Below are positions 12,535 to 27,643 of a stretch of 64,000 bases of DNA, piece after piece. Source of the stretch: Kudoa neothunni. Taxonomy: Eukaryota; Animalia; Cnidaria. A program made the position numbers and the translations under genes. Location of the stretch: assembly GCA_964304625.1 (NCBI GenBank), contig OZ199839.1, positions 7,773,166 through 7,837,165 on the forward strand, in the 5' to 3' direction. How positions within the stretch are numbered: the first letter of the stretch is position 1; each line of letters starts with the position of its first letter. The notes under the pieces are model-generated. The model had not been told where the DNA came from. It ran no database searches and saw nothing but the letters and a program-made list of their open reading frames with translations.

Positions 12535-15094
12535 TGTCAACTTATTGAACTTCTTTTAGTTATTTCATAGTTCTTTAAAACTTAGAAACAATTTTTTGCA
12601 ATAGAATGCCGCCTATTCAGACATACTGAGCTCACCAAATTTGCATGAATAGAATGGTTTCTATTTACAATGATATGTTATGATATTTTAAATCAATTAT
12701 AATTTTTATATTACATAATATTAAATAAAATAAACTGGAGTGAATTCATTTGAACAGTATAAATGGACTGTATAAATATTGAATTTAGGTTCTTAAATTT
12801 TGAAAAAATTTGTCCTAGAAAATTAGATGAACAATAACTGAATCCATATTTGAAACATTTATAAGGGAGGAGATGTTTGTTACAATGAGAGTAGCCAATG
12901 TCATATAAATTATGTTCTCTATTCTTGTTCGTATATCGACTATGGACATTTAAAATTAAAGTTATAATCAATTAAAATAAATGTATATTTTTAACCAATT
13001 TATTTAAATTAAAAAATCTCTATTTTAGTTATTATAAGAATTTGAGGAATTGTCTATTACCACAAGTCAAAAATTAGGGCACGTGAATCTGACGCAAGAT
13101 GAGAAAATGCATTATTTGAACCAAATGTAGTATTAAACGTAGAATATATTTACGTTATGATTTAAAGAAACATCATTTATTTCTCTTACATATCCTTCGG
13201 GCGGTTAACATAGATATATGTACACTACAATTTCAAATAATCATGAAAACCGGGGAATTATTTGTCTGCTAAACGCCATCTTCCGATATTTACAAAATGG
13301 GTGAATTCGTTCAACGTTAAAACCAATTAAAATAAAATAGAATTTTAATTATAGTGTCATGATTTTAATTAAGGATCATAAGTGCAGTTAATCATTTGAC
13401 TACAATAAATTAATTTTTACGACCTTTAACGATAATGTATAATGTAAAAATAGTTCCCAACTTCTTGATTATTAAAGTTTCGTAACTCCATATTATAACC
13501 TTGAGTAATAATGATTTCAGCCGTTGTAAAAAAATTTTCCCCAAGTTTAAAAGTCATTCTAAACTTGGATCATTGAATAGCATCTATGAGTTCACATTTA
13601 ACTTCTCAGAAATATTTCCCAACAATAAATTAAAAATATACTGATTTTTTCCAATAAAAATTAATTTTAAGAAAAATTATTGTAAAAGTATGATAAGCAA
13701 TTCCGAAACGAAAAAATAAACAAACCTAAATATGACTTAGATATTTTAAAAAAAAGGTTTAACCATATTAGGAATTAGTTACATGGGAGGATAAAGTTCC
13801 TCTATTAGTGTTTAATTCAGCTCTTCCCGATTCATTTTAGTTTTTGCATCCCCTACCATTTATGAGGACAACTACGCATCCCTTCTCAAAAAAGAGAATA
13901 AAACGAGGATTTATTTTTAGGCGGGGAAATAATTTTACTAAAATTGCATTAACAAGAAAAAAGTCATCTATTTTAGAAGTAAACAGGCGTAAATAAAATA
14001 AATTAAATGCTTTGACTTTTTTTCGTCTTTTTCGAACAATAATTATGTCAAAATAGGGCTCTTTATCAATTAAAGATGTACATAAATCATAATTTTCGAA
14101 TGAACTAAATATACTAATATTTTAATGAAAAAGGTTTAGTGTGAACAGCGGCGCCGGCATGAAATTTTTGGATTTTGTAGTTTTTTTGTTTACTTATAAA
14201 TTTAAAAATTAAATGTGGAATATAAACGTGATCCGATCTCGAATGCGAAGTTTTAATTTATATAATTCTAGAATGAACATTGATTCTAATTTGAAGTATA
14301 AAAATTTAAAATAAATTAACAACAATAAATAACTTAATCTTGAAGCTAATTAAAGTTTAATTATGACTTACCTTATAGTTTACTTAAAAATAATAAATAA
14401 TACAATTTTTAAATATTTTAAAAGTCGTTTATCTTTCTTATTAAATAGTAAATATTTCATAATTTTATACATTGTATCATTTAAAATTTTAACTAAGTAA
14501 TTTATTTATAAATGAAACAGAAATAAATTATTCTTCAGTAAAATTCATCAAATGACAATTTGTTTATCAGACTTAATTCAGCTTCATTCATACTTAATGT
14601 CTATTATAGACCAATATACTCACAATTAATTACTTTATAGTTCAAGATATATTTTGAAATAACGTTTAGATTTTCTAATGTGCTGTGTTTCAATATTGTA
14701 AATTTTAAACTCTGCATAATCTAATCTGAGTAGGATACGTTATTAAATACATGAATATTAATGCTGCACATACAAAAATTTGTGTTATGATTCAATGTTT
14801 AAAGAGTTTCAATAAAAACACAAGATGGTTAAAAAATGAAAAAAAAACTCCAAGGTGACCATAAAAATCCCAAGATCTTGGAGAAAAATCCAACCACCGG
14901 CAACTCTGCCTGTATTTATTAGTGTATTTGTATAACAATTTTAAGAGATTTTTCAACACACAATATTTTCAAAAAAAAACTAGGCGATTCTTTCTAATGA
15001 ACTAATAATTCTTAAATAATAAAAAAATCATTCGGCAGCTAAATGCACACAATAGCGCAAAATAAAAACAAATGAAAACACAACAGACTAAATA

Positions 15095-17116
<2,022 letters not shown>

Positions 17117-17957
17117 CTATATATAGGTATAGATTGGTGTGTGTTAGTACTCCAAAAATTACAACTCTTTTAAATGTGAGAATATTTCTACAATACAAAA
17201 GGAGGGTCACTATGAGGGGTTGTAAATGTGCACGTGCGCACTAAGTCAGCGCACTATGAACTCATAATGCATAAGGAAATTGTATTCATGTTTTAATTGG
17301 ATGCGTTTACTGAAAAAATATTATAATTTATATAATAAAGTTTAATCTACTAAAGATATTGACAGCTGGTGATGTTTATTGGACATTTGTAGAATATATA
17401 AAGGTTTGTTAACACGTATTTAAAATTATGTTATTTAAGTTTGAAAATTTGAGAAACAATTAACTTTTTAAGGGATGATTTGTAGTTGGCATCTTATTTG
17501 TTAGGTTTAGATCAAACAACGCACTTCGTGTATTCGTACTTGTTCGTGTTTTCACAAATTTAAATTCTTACTTGAATTTTGGCACGAAACACAAATGAAA
17601 AATGTGTTAATTATAAATTTAAGATATGAGTCGTGAAGAAATTTGGTTCGTGTAATATATGCACGGGACACGAACCAACTCATATTCATTGGCCGCGCAT
17701 GGGCAATTCAATTTTTGAGACATCGAAATTATGACTCCGCGAATTTTATACTAACAAGAAATAAATTATTCACAACAGTAAAGAATATTTTTTATTATTT
17801 ATATTATGAAATTGTATTATTAATAATTTTTCTCATTTCAAATTTTATGTCATATCAGAATCTCTCTATTTCTTCCTGGAGGTTATATACATAATATCAC
17901 AATCACTAAAAATTTGAACGTGATAGAAAAGCGGAATACGTGATATCGACAGATTAA

Positions 17958-18841
17958 CCCTTACAGGACGGACAGGATATTTAGGAACCCCAATTATTTT
18001 ATTTTTCGAAATTTCTATTTTCTCTATAATTTTCCATGTAATCTTTTAATATCAAATAAACTTTAAACTAAATTAAACTGACAAAAAATTTTCTTACGGA
18101 TATAAAATAATAGACTACTTTTTCAAAATCGAACCAATAGTATTTAGTGTCTAAAGATCTTTGAATCTCTTATATTTGCTATTTATTTAATTTTAACTAA
18201 AAATTAATTCTTAAATGAATAAAAGAAATAAGAGAATGCCTAAGTTTTGATGTTATTTTCTACCGGAAGAAGCCGACATGCTTGGAGATCATCCTGAGAT
18301 TATTGCAAGACACGAGCGCTCTTAGTAGTATAATAATTTCGAGTGTATAGGTCGATTAATGATTAATTTTAATCCAACCGGGGTTTTCTTTTCACATCAG
18401 CTATGATTTTTACCACAGAATCAAAATTATAACAGAAAAGCTAGTTGTTTAAAGGGAACGAAATATTCTTACGCTTTAAATCTTTTAATACCACGATCGT
18501 AAAATGAGATTAACAAGAACCTTCGGATATTTTTGTTGTGGAGGTTTTGTCAGTTTTTTCTTTCAGATGACAAATCCACTTGAAAATCAACCTTGAGTTT
18601 TCCAATAATTAGTTAACAGCTTTATAAAAACATAACCTATATTTTTGAGGAATTGTTTGTATTTTTCCCTAGCTGGTTAAATATTTCCTCATTTTGGGTG
18701 ATCACTTTTATTTTAAATTAAGTAATAACCACATAAAACAATTTTTTTATCCCCGCGAGCGGATCAAGTTGAAAAATCTTTGGTCCCCCCCCCCCCCCCC
18801 TCGGCACACACGTAAGTTTCTCGAGTTCCGTCTTCCGAGGG
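17958..18841. mobile_element. piggyBac-like MITE (884 bp)
   Basis: TTAA|CCCTTACAGGACGG ... CCGTCTTCCGAGGG|TTAA: imperfect TIRs with TTAA target duplication. Confidence 0.65.
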
Positions 18842-18935
18842 TTAAAACATCAGGATATGGTGATTTCGTATGAATAGAAACTTCTAATTCATGTTATCAC
18901 ATACTTAATGTTACGGTTTGAGAATAAGTTAATTA

Positions 18936-19366
18936 CAGTGGGTGGCAGGTGGTTCGTAATTTTTAAACCATGATATTCAAGTAACGTCTTAAATCAGTGA
19001 AATGAGAGTCAATTTTATGAAACTAGTCATCTCTGTGGCAGTTATCATCACTTATAAAATCACTAATGTTCATGTCTTTTTCAATATTGTTTCTGCTCCA
19101 TGCCTTGGCTGATTTTGGAAGAACATTATTATTCCATATTTCTATTTTAATGTCCTAAACCAATTTTTATTTCTGTTTATATTTCGCCGCAAATCGAAAA
19201 ATAAATCTCAACGCACCTGAAAACTTACGAACCACACCTCATTACGAAATAATCTACAAAATATATAATTAATTTGTTTTTAAATAGCTTGATACATAAA
19301 TAACTAATTCTAATCCTATGTGTACGTTAATTTTCACATTTTCTCAAATTACGATCTACACGACTG
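18936..19366. mobile_element. Tc1/mariner-type MITE, copy 1
   Basis: Starts TA|CAGTGG. About 400 bp are clearly homologous to 39509-39909 (e.g. GTCATCTCTrTGrCAGTTAyCATCACTTATAAAATCACTAAT), and that copy ends CCACTG|TA. Confidence 0.65.
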
Positions 19367-22317
19367 CATTATGAGTTTGTAGTTCTAACAGTGTTTTAAT
19401 CGTGCATTTATTTTAATTAAAACTACAAAAATTAAATCTAAATAAGAATAAATTTCAATATAAATGCAAATTTTAACATACAACGTAACTAATTATAGTT
19501 GACGGATTATAGATTGTTATTAGTAGATTTATTTCTAAAATGTTTGATGTATTCTATGCAAACAATAAAGTCAATATAAGATATAAAAGGTTTCGTCGAT
19601 ATCTTTAATAAATATGGATTTAAGATTGTCCCATTCCTTTGGACTAATGGACTACTGCTGGGCTTCTTCCGTGAATGGAATATAAAGCAACGTTGTTTAA
19701 GACGTGAGTATCTAGTAATCTCATCGTTACAAATTTTCAAAATTACTCGAAATTTCAAGACTGAAAGGGTAATCGAATTTTGTTTGGGATAAGCCAAAAT
19801 GATTTACATCTACTTTATAAATAAACTAACTTAAATAGCTTAGTTTAGCTCAATTTCGAAAAAATTCGACATTAAAAAATCGTTTAATCCTCCGATAAAA
19901 CCTTTTGATGAGCAGAATGAACTCATAATTTTTTGTAATGTCATCATTTCGGCAATCGTGTTAAATAAAATAAAAATTTTAATCACAATATCGTTCTTTT
20001 CCACGTACTTCTGGAATAGACTTTATCTTGATTTAGAAATCAAAAGTTCTTTCAATTCTTGTGGCATATTAATCGCTTTAACCAACTCGTCGATAAACCC
20101 ACTTATCTAAATGTTTTTACTCAATATAAATGTGTTCATTTCAACGAAAATTTAAATAAATATAATAAACCCTTTTTAGTGCTAATTCAATGTGTTAATT
20201 AAATACTTTTTCCATATTAATTAATCTCTCATTTAAATAACAACCGTTATTTACAATGCCGTCCTCTCCGACACATTCTTAAAACGCCGATTATTGTCTT
20301 CACAACATTTTAACAAATAAAAGAATTAAACTTATATTGTCACAGTTTTAGGTAGCTATTGAAAGATCTTTTTATTTTCGCTTCCCACTGTATTCTCTTG
20401 AAAGTCACATGATGTAATAATCTTATTAATGTCAGCGATAATCTGTTAACAACAAGTTTACACTACAGATCCACCATTCTATAAACAACCAAGTAAACTC
20501 CACTTTATTATTGTGGTTAATATTTTACTTTTTAAATGTATTTACAACTCAAAAGTTCAAGAAAGTTTTTGTATAAGTAGAAGATTGATGTATACAAACA
20601 TACAGACACTGCTACTTTATATACGTATATATTTTTCATAAATTATAAAATAGAAAACTTGAAATATGATAGTCAATTGTGAAAGTTGATTAGATATACA
20701 AAAGTTTGTATAAACTATATAATAGTTTTAAAACGCTATATTACTTAAATCATATTTTGACTGTACTTTTTTATTTTGTATAATTAACCATCTAAAAAAT
20801 AATCAACAAACATTTTCTGTTACACATTTTTAATGGGATAAAATAAAAAAATTGACTATATTATCATTTTAAAAATTTCAAGATAAAATATTGATGATAA
20901 AACGATTCTAACTTTTTTCAACTTCAATAAATTAGCTCACAAAAAATATATAAACTAAACAAGATGTTAATTAATTGAAGCTTATTTTGAAAAAGTTTGT
21001 AGTCCATATACAAAAATGACAGAGAGGATAATATATTGTAAAACGTGCCAATCTTATTTAAATAGTTGAATCATATAATTTTTAAAACGAACCATAATTA
21101 AAAATGTTTTTACGACGTGTTATTAATTAAGAAGTTAATATATGTATAATGGAGTGAGTTCACATTGGTTTTTGGAAACTCAACGAAAAATTCACGAATG
21201 CAGACGGCGCTGTATTTGAGATTTGATAGCTAGATTAGAAGTTATCATAATTAGCTAAATCCTTACTTTCGGCATTCATTCAATTTTTTATGAACAATCG
21301 TTCAAAAATAAACAAAGGATGACGCTCAATAGGTTGTCCTTAAATTCTTAACCTCATCTTGTTACATGATCTAGAAATAAACGTCTAAATTCTCTAACTT
21401 TATAATTAACATGTATATTCGATTAATTTAGTAAATTATTTATTATGGACTAGACACAGCACAGCTACAGTTAATGAAATCCCAGGTATTAGTTCGACCC
21501 TGTGACTTAATACATATAATCCCCAATATGATAATGAAAAAGTCTCGAATTTCCATAGAAAATATCTTGATACTCGGTTTTTTGAACCGTTAATTTCAAA
21601 CTGTGAGTGTGACACGAACGAAACTTGAAGCAATAAAAAAATTCAAGCAAGCACGTATACGAGCGAATCACACACAAATTATTTCAGAATTTATGGGAAT
21701 TTTGCCACAAATACAATTAAACGAATTTTTTACGAACGAAACTGCATTGTCTGATATTAATTCTGAATCTCTAGGTAGAAGGTTATGCTGGGCCCAGCGC
21801 ATATCCAATTAGTAAGCGCACGCAGCTATTAACTCGACTACACCATCTCACCTACACTATGAATTAATGATATTATAATTACCCATTTTTGAAATAATAA
21901 AAATACATCTAACATTATATGTCAAAAAATAACAATTATTTTGAATCTACCATGCTACAAGTTAGATCGATTGTGGTAGGCTTAAGCTGGTATTATCTTT
22001 GGTTTGGATATTTTAAGGAAGTTTTATTGACTATAGTGATGCTAGAATTTTTAGTAGAAGCGCTGGCAATCAAAGGCTATATTTTGAAATAATTTGGCTT
22101 GCTAGATAACACCATTTATTTTGATGAGAATTAGAAAATTATTTTTTTGATGAAACTCTATTAATAAATCATTTTAGATGTGCGCAACAAGGAAATTTTC
22201 AATAAAATATAAACAATTTTATTAATTTACGGCTAAATTCGTAAAATAACGATTAATCTCGAAACATTTTTAGGATTGAATTTGCGTTTGTTTCACACAC
22301 ATATCGAATAACCTAGA

Positions 22318-22969
22318 ATGTCTACCAGTGCGAGACGTAGATTGTTGCGTGATTACAAACGGTAGAATTATAAAATTCCAGCTAGTGAATAACTTGTTGA
22401 TATCACCTGAATAGAATGCAGGATGATCCGAATCCTGGAGTTTGTGCTTCCCCAGATGAAAACAATATTCTTTCTTGGGAAGCTGTAATATTTGGGTTGG
22501 GATTTGTGTTTGTAAGTGGAACACATTCTTAAATCGAATTTAGCCCACCAAATACCATTTTTGATGAAGGTGTGTTTCGGTTGACTATCAATTTCACCGA
22601 AGAATATCCCAATAAAGCTCCAGTTGTAAAATTTATCACAAAAATGTTTCATCCAAATAGTGATTAAACGGTGATGGTGATTTTGTTACTGACATGATTG
22701 TTTTTAGTTTATCCTGATGGAAATATCTGTCTTGATATACTTCAAGCTAGATGGAGTCCAACCTACGATGTTAGTGCTATTTTAACGTCGATTCAAGTGA
22801 ATTTCTGTGGTTTGTTGTGGATACTCAACGAATTTGGTTTTAGTCATTGTTGGATGAACCAAATGTACAAAGTCCTGCCAATGGAAAAGCTGCTGAACTT
22901 TACCAAAATAATCGTGCTGAATATGTGAAAGTTGTTAGAAAGACCATTGAAGAAAGCTGGATATATTAG
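22318..22969 (+). CDS. UBE2A: Ubiquitin-conjugating enzyme E2 Rad6/UBE2A/B, 151 aa, 5 exons (22318-22361, 22415-22495, 22544-22659, 22708-22796, 22844-22969)
   Basis: [20 protein letters not shown]...WEAVIFGP...[61 protein letters not shown]. All introns are GT-AG, 47-53 nt. Confidence 0.97.
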
Positions 22970-24640
22970 TTAAAAATTTTGTATTATTCCCTTTTCTCAA
23001 TATTTTCATTCGGAAATCGTTCGATTTTGCCTACATATAAACAACACCTTTAAAATATCTTCCTCAATCTATTAACTTGTAGCGTGTTAATCCGTAATTT
23101 TGAATTTGTTTAAAAATCTTCTAAAACCTAAGTTCTAATTTTGTTGTTGTTCTCTTTAGTTTTTTTTTCTGAAGTAAAATTTGTGTTTATAAATTATATC
23201 ATTTCTTTAAGAAATTTATAAAGGAGGTTAATGCAAATTTGACGATACGCAATTCGCTGTGCTTGGCTCTCTGTTGAAACAATTTAATATATTGGTGCTT
23301 GCGCGCAATGTTAGGACGAAATAATTATTTGGGAGAACTTTTCATCATAATTAAATTTTGATCAATCCCTCGTGAAATTTTGCATACGTATATCCTACAG
23401 TCATTTAACCGATTTGTGTTTTTCAATCAAGGGAATTTACAAATAATTAGATGATAATGGAGTGTAATGATAAAAATTGGTTTCCTTAACATAGACAATA
23501 ATAAATAAAAATAAAAAATAATAGTATTAAAAAAGAATTCCCAATTTTAGGACTCAAAATTAGATATATATGATATTTTAATGCTCAGTATTTTAGATTA
23601 GTTTAAGATAAATCAACCTATAAATAATATTACATAATAATCTTGGTTACTCGACATGTTAATCGTTTGGAATCAATTTTCTATTTGATTCAGTGAGAAT
23701 GTTGTTTTATTTTTGATTATCGAACGTTTTTTGATATGAATCGGATGTATATTATGTAAAAAAATAATTAATTAGCAAATTTGTAATTGATATTGCTAAA
23801 AAGGTTTGTTTACTTATTTATAAAATTTAAAAAATTGATTACATTTTATTTTAAACTGATTTAAAATATTCGTGAAAAAAGAGTATTCTTATTTCATAGA
23901 TATTAACTCTCCCTTCACAAGTATGATAATAGCATTTTATAGCTATAGAATCATAATACGGTGAGACCTCGGATTTCGACCATAATCCACTACCGCTTAT
24001 CAAATAGATAACTATTTTTATTCTTATTTATAAAAAAACATGCATAAACTGTGGTACAAAATAAATATAAAATATAAAAATTAAATATAATAATTAAAAT
24101 GAAATATAGGATTAAAATTTACCGTGCCCATGGTCTCTGCCTAATATATATTGCAATAAATAGAAACTATCGCAAAATTCATTAACGTTAACAATTTAGT
24201 CCCTCAACTATAAAAAATTCCCACAAACTTATAACTTTTGGACGAAAACCGAAGAAACCCCTAAAACTTGACAAAGCTTGATAATTTCGTACTAATTCTT
24301 GTTGGGAATTCACTTACAATAAATATCCATTGAAGTATCAAATATTAAAAGCACTTAGAGCCTTAAAAAACTCTGAAAATAACTTATCCCACTTTCTTAG
24401 TGAATTGGATTACCTGCGGTTACACTTAAACGTTAGAATCAAGCATAAAAATTTCACTTTAGATTAATTTCGTTAGCGGCATAAAAAAAATAGATTTAGA
24501 ATATAACGGAATCAAATTAATGTCATAATTTGTTAGGGAATATGGTGAACAACAAGGAATATAGATAGATTTAAATTAGTGGCCATAAAGCATGCATATG
24601 CATAGACGACGCTAGACAATTTCGATGACGATGCTGTGCA

Positions 24641-27600
24641 TCATATTTCAGGAGGGAACCCGTTACGAGCCTGATTTATGGCGAAAGTAGCCAACTCGGC
24701 ATCAGGGGAAATCATCTGAATTCTAGTTTCCCATATTCTTAGGTTGTCAATAGCATTTTGCAACCAAACTCCATATCGACAATTAAGCAATGATTCCAAC
24801 GACTTATGAAAATCAAGCACTCAAAAATTCGTATCGTAAGGACAAGACTTACTTGCATAAGCGGAATTCCAACGTTAGAAAGCATTGATATCATGAAGAG
24901 ACCGAAATAATTGCCTAACGATCTTTCGTGGTGGGGTAACTAAGATAATGTTATTTGCAATCCGCAGAGACTTACTGAAAAATTACGCGTGGAGTAGAAG
25001 AAAATAACTGCTCAACATCTCCTTGATTAAAATATTCGGTTTGGAGTGTCTTGACAATCTATTTGTTTGAGTCAAGTTAATCAATATACCAACAGGAAGT
25101 TGTTTTACTTTGAGGTGATCATCCCAGGGACTATAAAGGAAGATCATATCCGAGATGAGAAGAAGAGTTTTCATTAGGAGACGTTTACGCTCGGGGTTCC
25201 TTTTCCAATGTTCCTTCAATAATGGGTATGAACGAACTTCTTGGAAGAATCGATCCCTAATACTAACGAACAATCAATCAACCATTATATAAATATCATT
25301 GTTCACACCCACCCTACGATATTTTCTTCGCTGGTTTCCACAATGCATTCTTTGATGAGATCGACTGTACTCCTGAAATCAGTCGTGTGCCACTCTCTTA
25401 AAAAGTTGCACTCTTTGATCAAGAGTATTTTTTCCATTAGGTCGAACTGCTGTTGTTCCAAGGGAGAATTTGAAGGAAATACAATGAGCAATGGGTCAAA
25501 ACTTCTAACATGGAAGTAGTTGGTTTTTCCACGATGATCAATATCATGGACCACAGAGGAAATCATGAGAATAAGGTTTTCTTTGTCGTTGAAGAGCTCA
25601 CTCAAGGGATTGTTTTGAAGTAATGCACTCATTGCACAGGTAGAACGTACCGCATGGATCCAGTTGTGATAAGGAATATCACGGTAGCATTTGCGAATCG
25701 CACACAAAAAGTTGCATAAAACCTAACCGATGTGATAAACAAGCTTTGTCACATTAATTAAACTTACTGTTCTGTCAATACTCAAGTTAACGTGGAAATC
25801 AAAGGCTTCAAAGTTCTCTAAACACGTGTTGACACACTGGAGTTGGCGAATGCGGTTGGAGGCGATTTCACAAGTGCAACTGAATCTTCGAACAAGCTGT
25901 TCAAGTGCCATTTCATCGTTCAAGTCGATATCGTCTTCGTTTCCTGGTTGTCCATCGGTCCTAATTTCGGAATTGTTATTTGACTGGTTTGATTGAATTC
26001 CAGAGTCTGTCTGGGATGGTTCGTCATCTGAAGCCACACTATTATCGGAGAAGTTATTCTGTTGATGCCATCTTGATCCCACTTCTAACGCTCGTATGTA
26101 GTTAAGAACTTCGTTTGAGAATTCTCGATCATTTATTTGATTTTGGAACATCTAATAGAATCGCTCGAATCGAGAAGCCGCCACAAACCACAGACATATA
26201 CCTCAATGTATATAGCGGTTTGGTTCATAGATCTTATTCTATAGTTAGAATAGTAACTAGCAATAACGATGTTTCCAATGTGAACCACAATAGGCTAAAT
26301 ATTGTAACATTTAATGGGTGAACTGTTGATAAATTAAAATAACAATAATCAGAGTAAAATATATTGTGATATAAAAGCTCTTACCACAAATTCGCACAGT
26401 TGTGAATCGGTAAAATTGTCACCAGTAATGCAGTCATTGCATTGAATAACACCGACAATATTGTCAAATCCGTCAACCATCACAGCCGCCATAGAGTTGG
26501 TTACGTACGTTGTTGGTTCAAACGAATAAATGGAACCAAAGTCTTCGAAGCTAGGGGCAGTCTGTTGCCCAGGCTAATCACAATAAGAAGAATAAATCTC
26601 TATTAAAATATTACAAATTTGTTGCATATCTCATGATACACCAGTGTAGGTATTTTCTTAGTGTTCAATATTGCACTAAATGATATTATTACTTCCACAA
26701 ACTGACAATTGACGAAACAACTATTCTCCGTCGATGTTCACGCGGTTGCCGGTAGTCACTGTGTCTGTATCATCGAGAATTGACACTAGGCCACAAACTC
26801 TCTACACAAAAATTAATTGTGGCGACTCAGATTAATCAAAAAGTTCCTCAATAAGTAGTTGTAACCAATTTCAGTTGGGAAATTACTTCATTTTCTTTGA
26901 CAAAAATGATACATTCCTTGCAATGAACAAACTTCTTGATGGTGGAAAGAATTTTATGGATAAGGTTTGGAACAAGGCCGACTTCAGGCTTGATTCTCCC
27001 AACAAAGAAGTTAAACCTGATAGAGTTTATGTTTGGTTCTACTAAAGTCGCTCTTTTGGAGTATATAATTTCGGGGTAGTCGATCAAACTGAATTCCGCA
27101 TTGGCGTCTCTTTCAGCATTGGATGAGTCAGAGCTTTCGGAACCTAGCGTCTCATTACCCAATCTACCATTTGTATGGCCTTCCGAGTCCGAATAGTCTA
27201 GGTTGAGATCTTCAAAGTTGAAAAACGTGTCTAGATCATCCTCAGAAGGTTGTTTATCCGCAGATGAATCTTCATCCACGGATGGTTCTTCTTCCTCACA
27301 TGGTGGCTTGTCCACAGCAGTAACTTGATCTCTTATGGTTGAATTGTTATTTTGATCGAACGAGGTAAAAACATTTTCCTCATCAGCCCAAATGTCGTCG
27401 GTAGTGCTAATAGAAAGTAAATTGAGTAATGCGTCACGTAACGAGATGGTAGGATTGTAGTGAAGAAATCTACTTGGTTGTATTAGGTTGGTTGATATGA
27501 CCTAGAGAATTAGCCTAATCACTAACTTATCTAATCAAATGATAGATACTGATGTTATTATTATTGTCGATAGCATTATTATCTGAATTGAGGGGGGAAT

Positions 27601-27643
27601 TTCCATTGTCAGACTTTTGGAGGTCACGTCCATCATCACTCAT
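24641..27643 (-). CDS. Highly divergent GAF-domain class I cyclic-nucleotide phosphodiesterase (PDE5/11-derived): acidic N-terminus, one degenerate GAF, catalytic domain
   Basis: YHNWIHA, HDIDHRGKTNYF (PDEase signature), ISDM..SPW, EYFNQGD and NLRIW. GAF-like stretch IVGVIQCNDCITGDNFTDSQL. GT-AG introns of ~47-67 nt. TGA at 24643-24641. The 5' exons are my model. Confidence 0.88.

Noticed and set aside
19500-20500. Protein-like stretches on the - strand (e.g. SPKEWDNLKSIFIKDIDETFY)
   Set aside because: Interrupted by stops, with no recognisable family or consistent splice model. Possibly an old pseudogene or TE, but not supportable.
22368-22652. Antisense ORFs over UBE2A, and similar ones over HisRS, the PDEs, the Kunitz gene and the cyclin
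   Set aside because: Shadow ORFs of real coding exons with no independent motifs.
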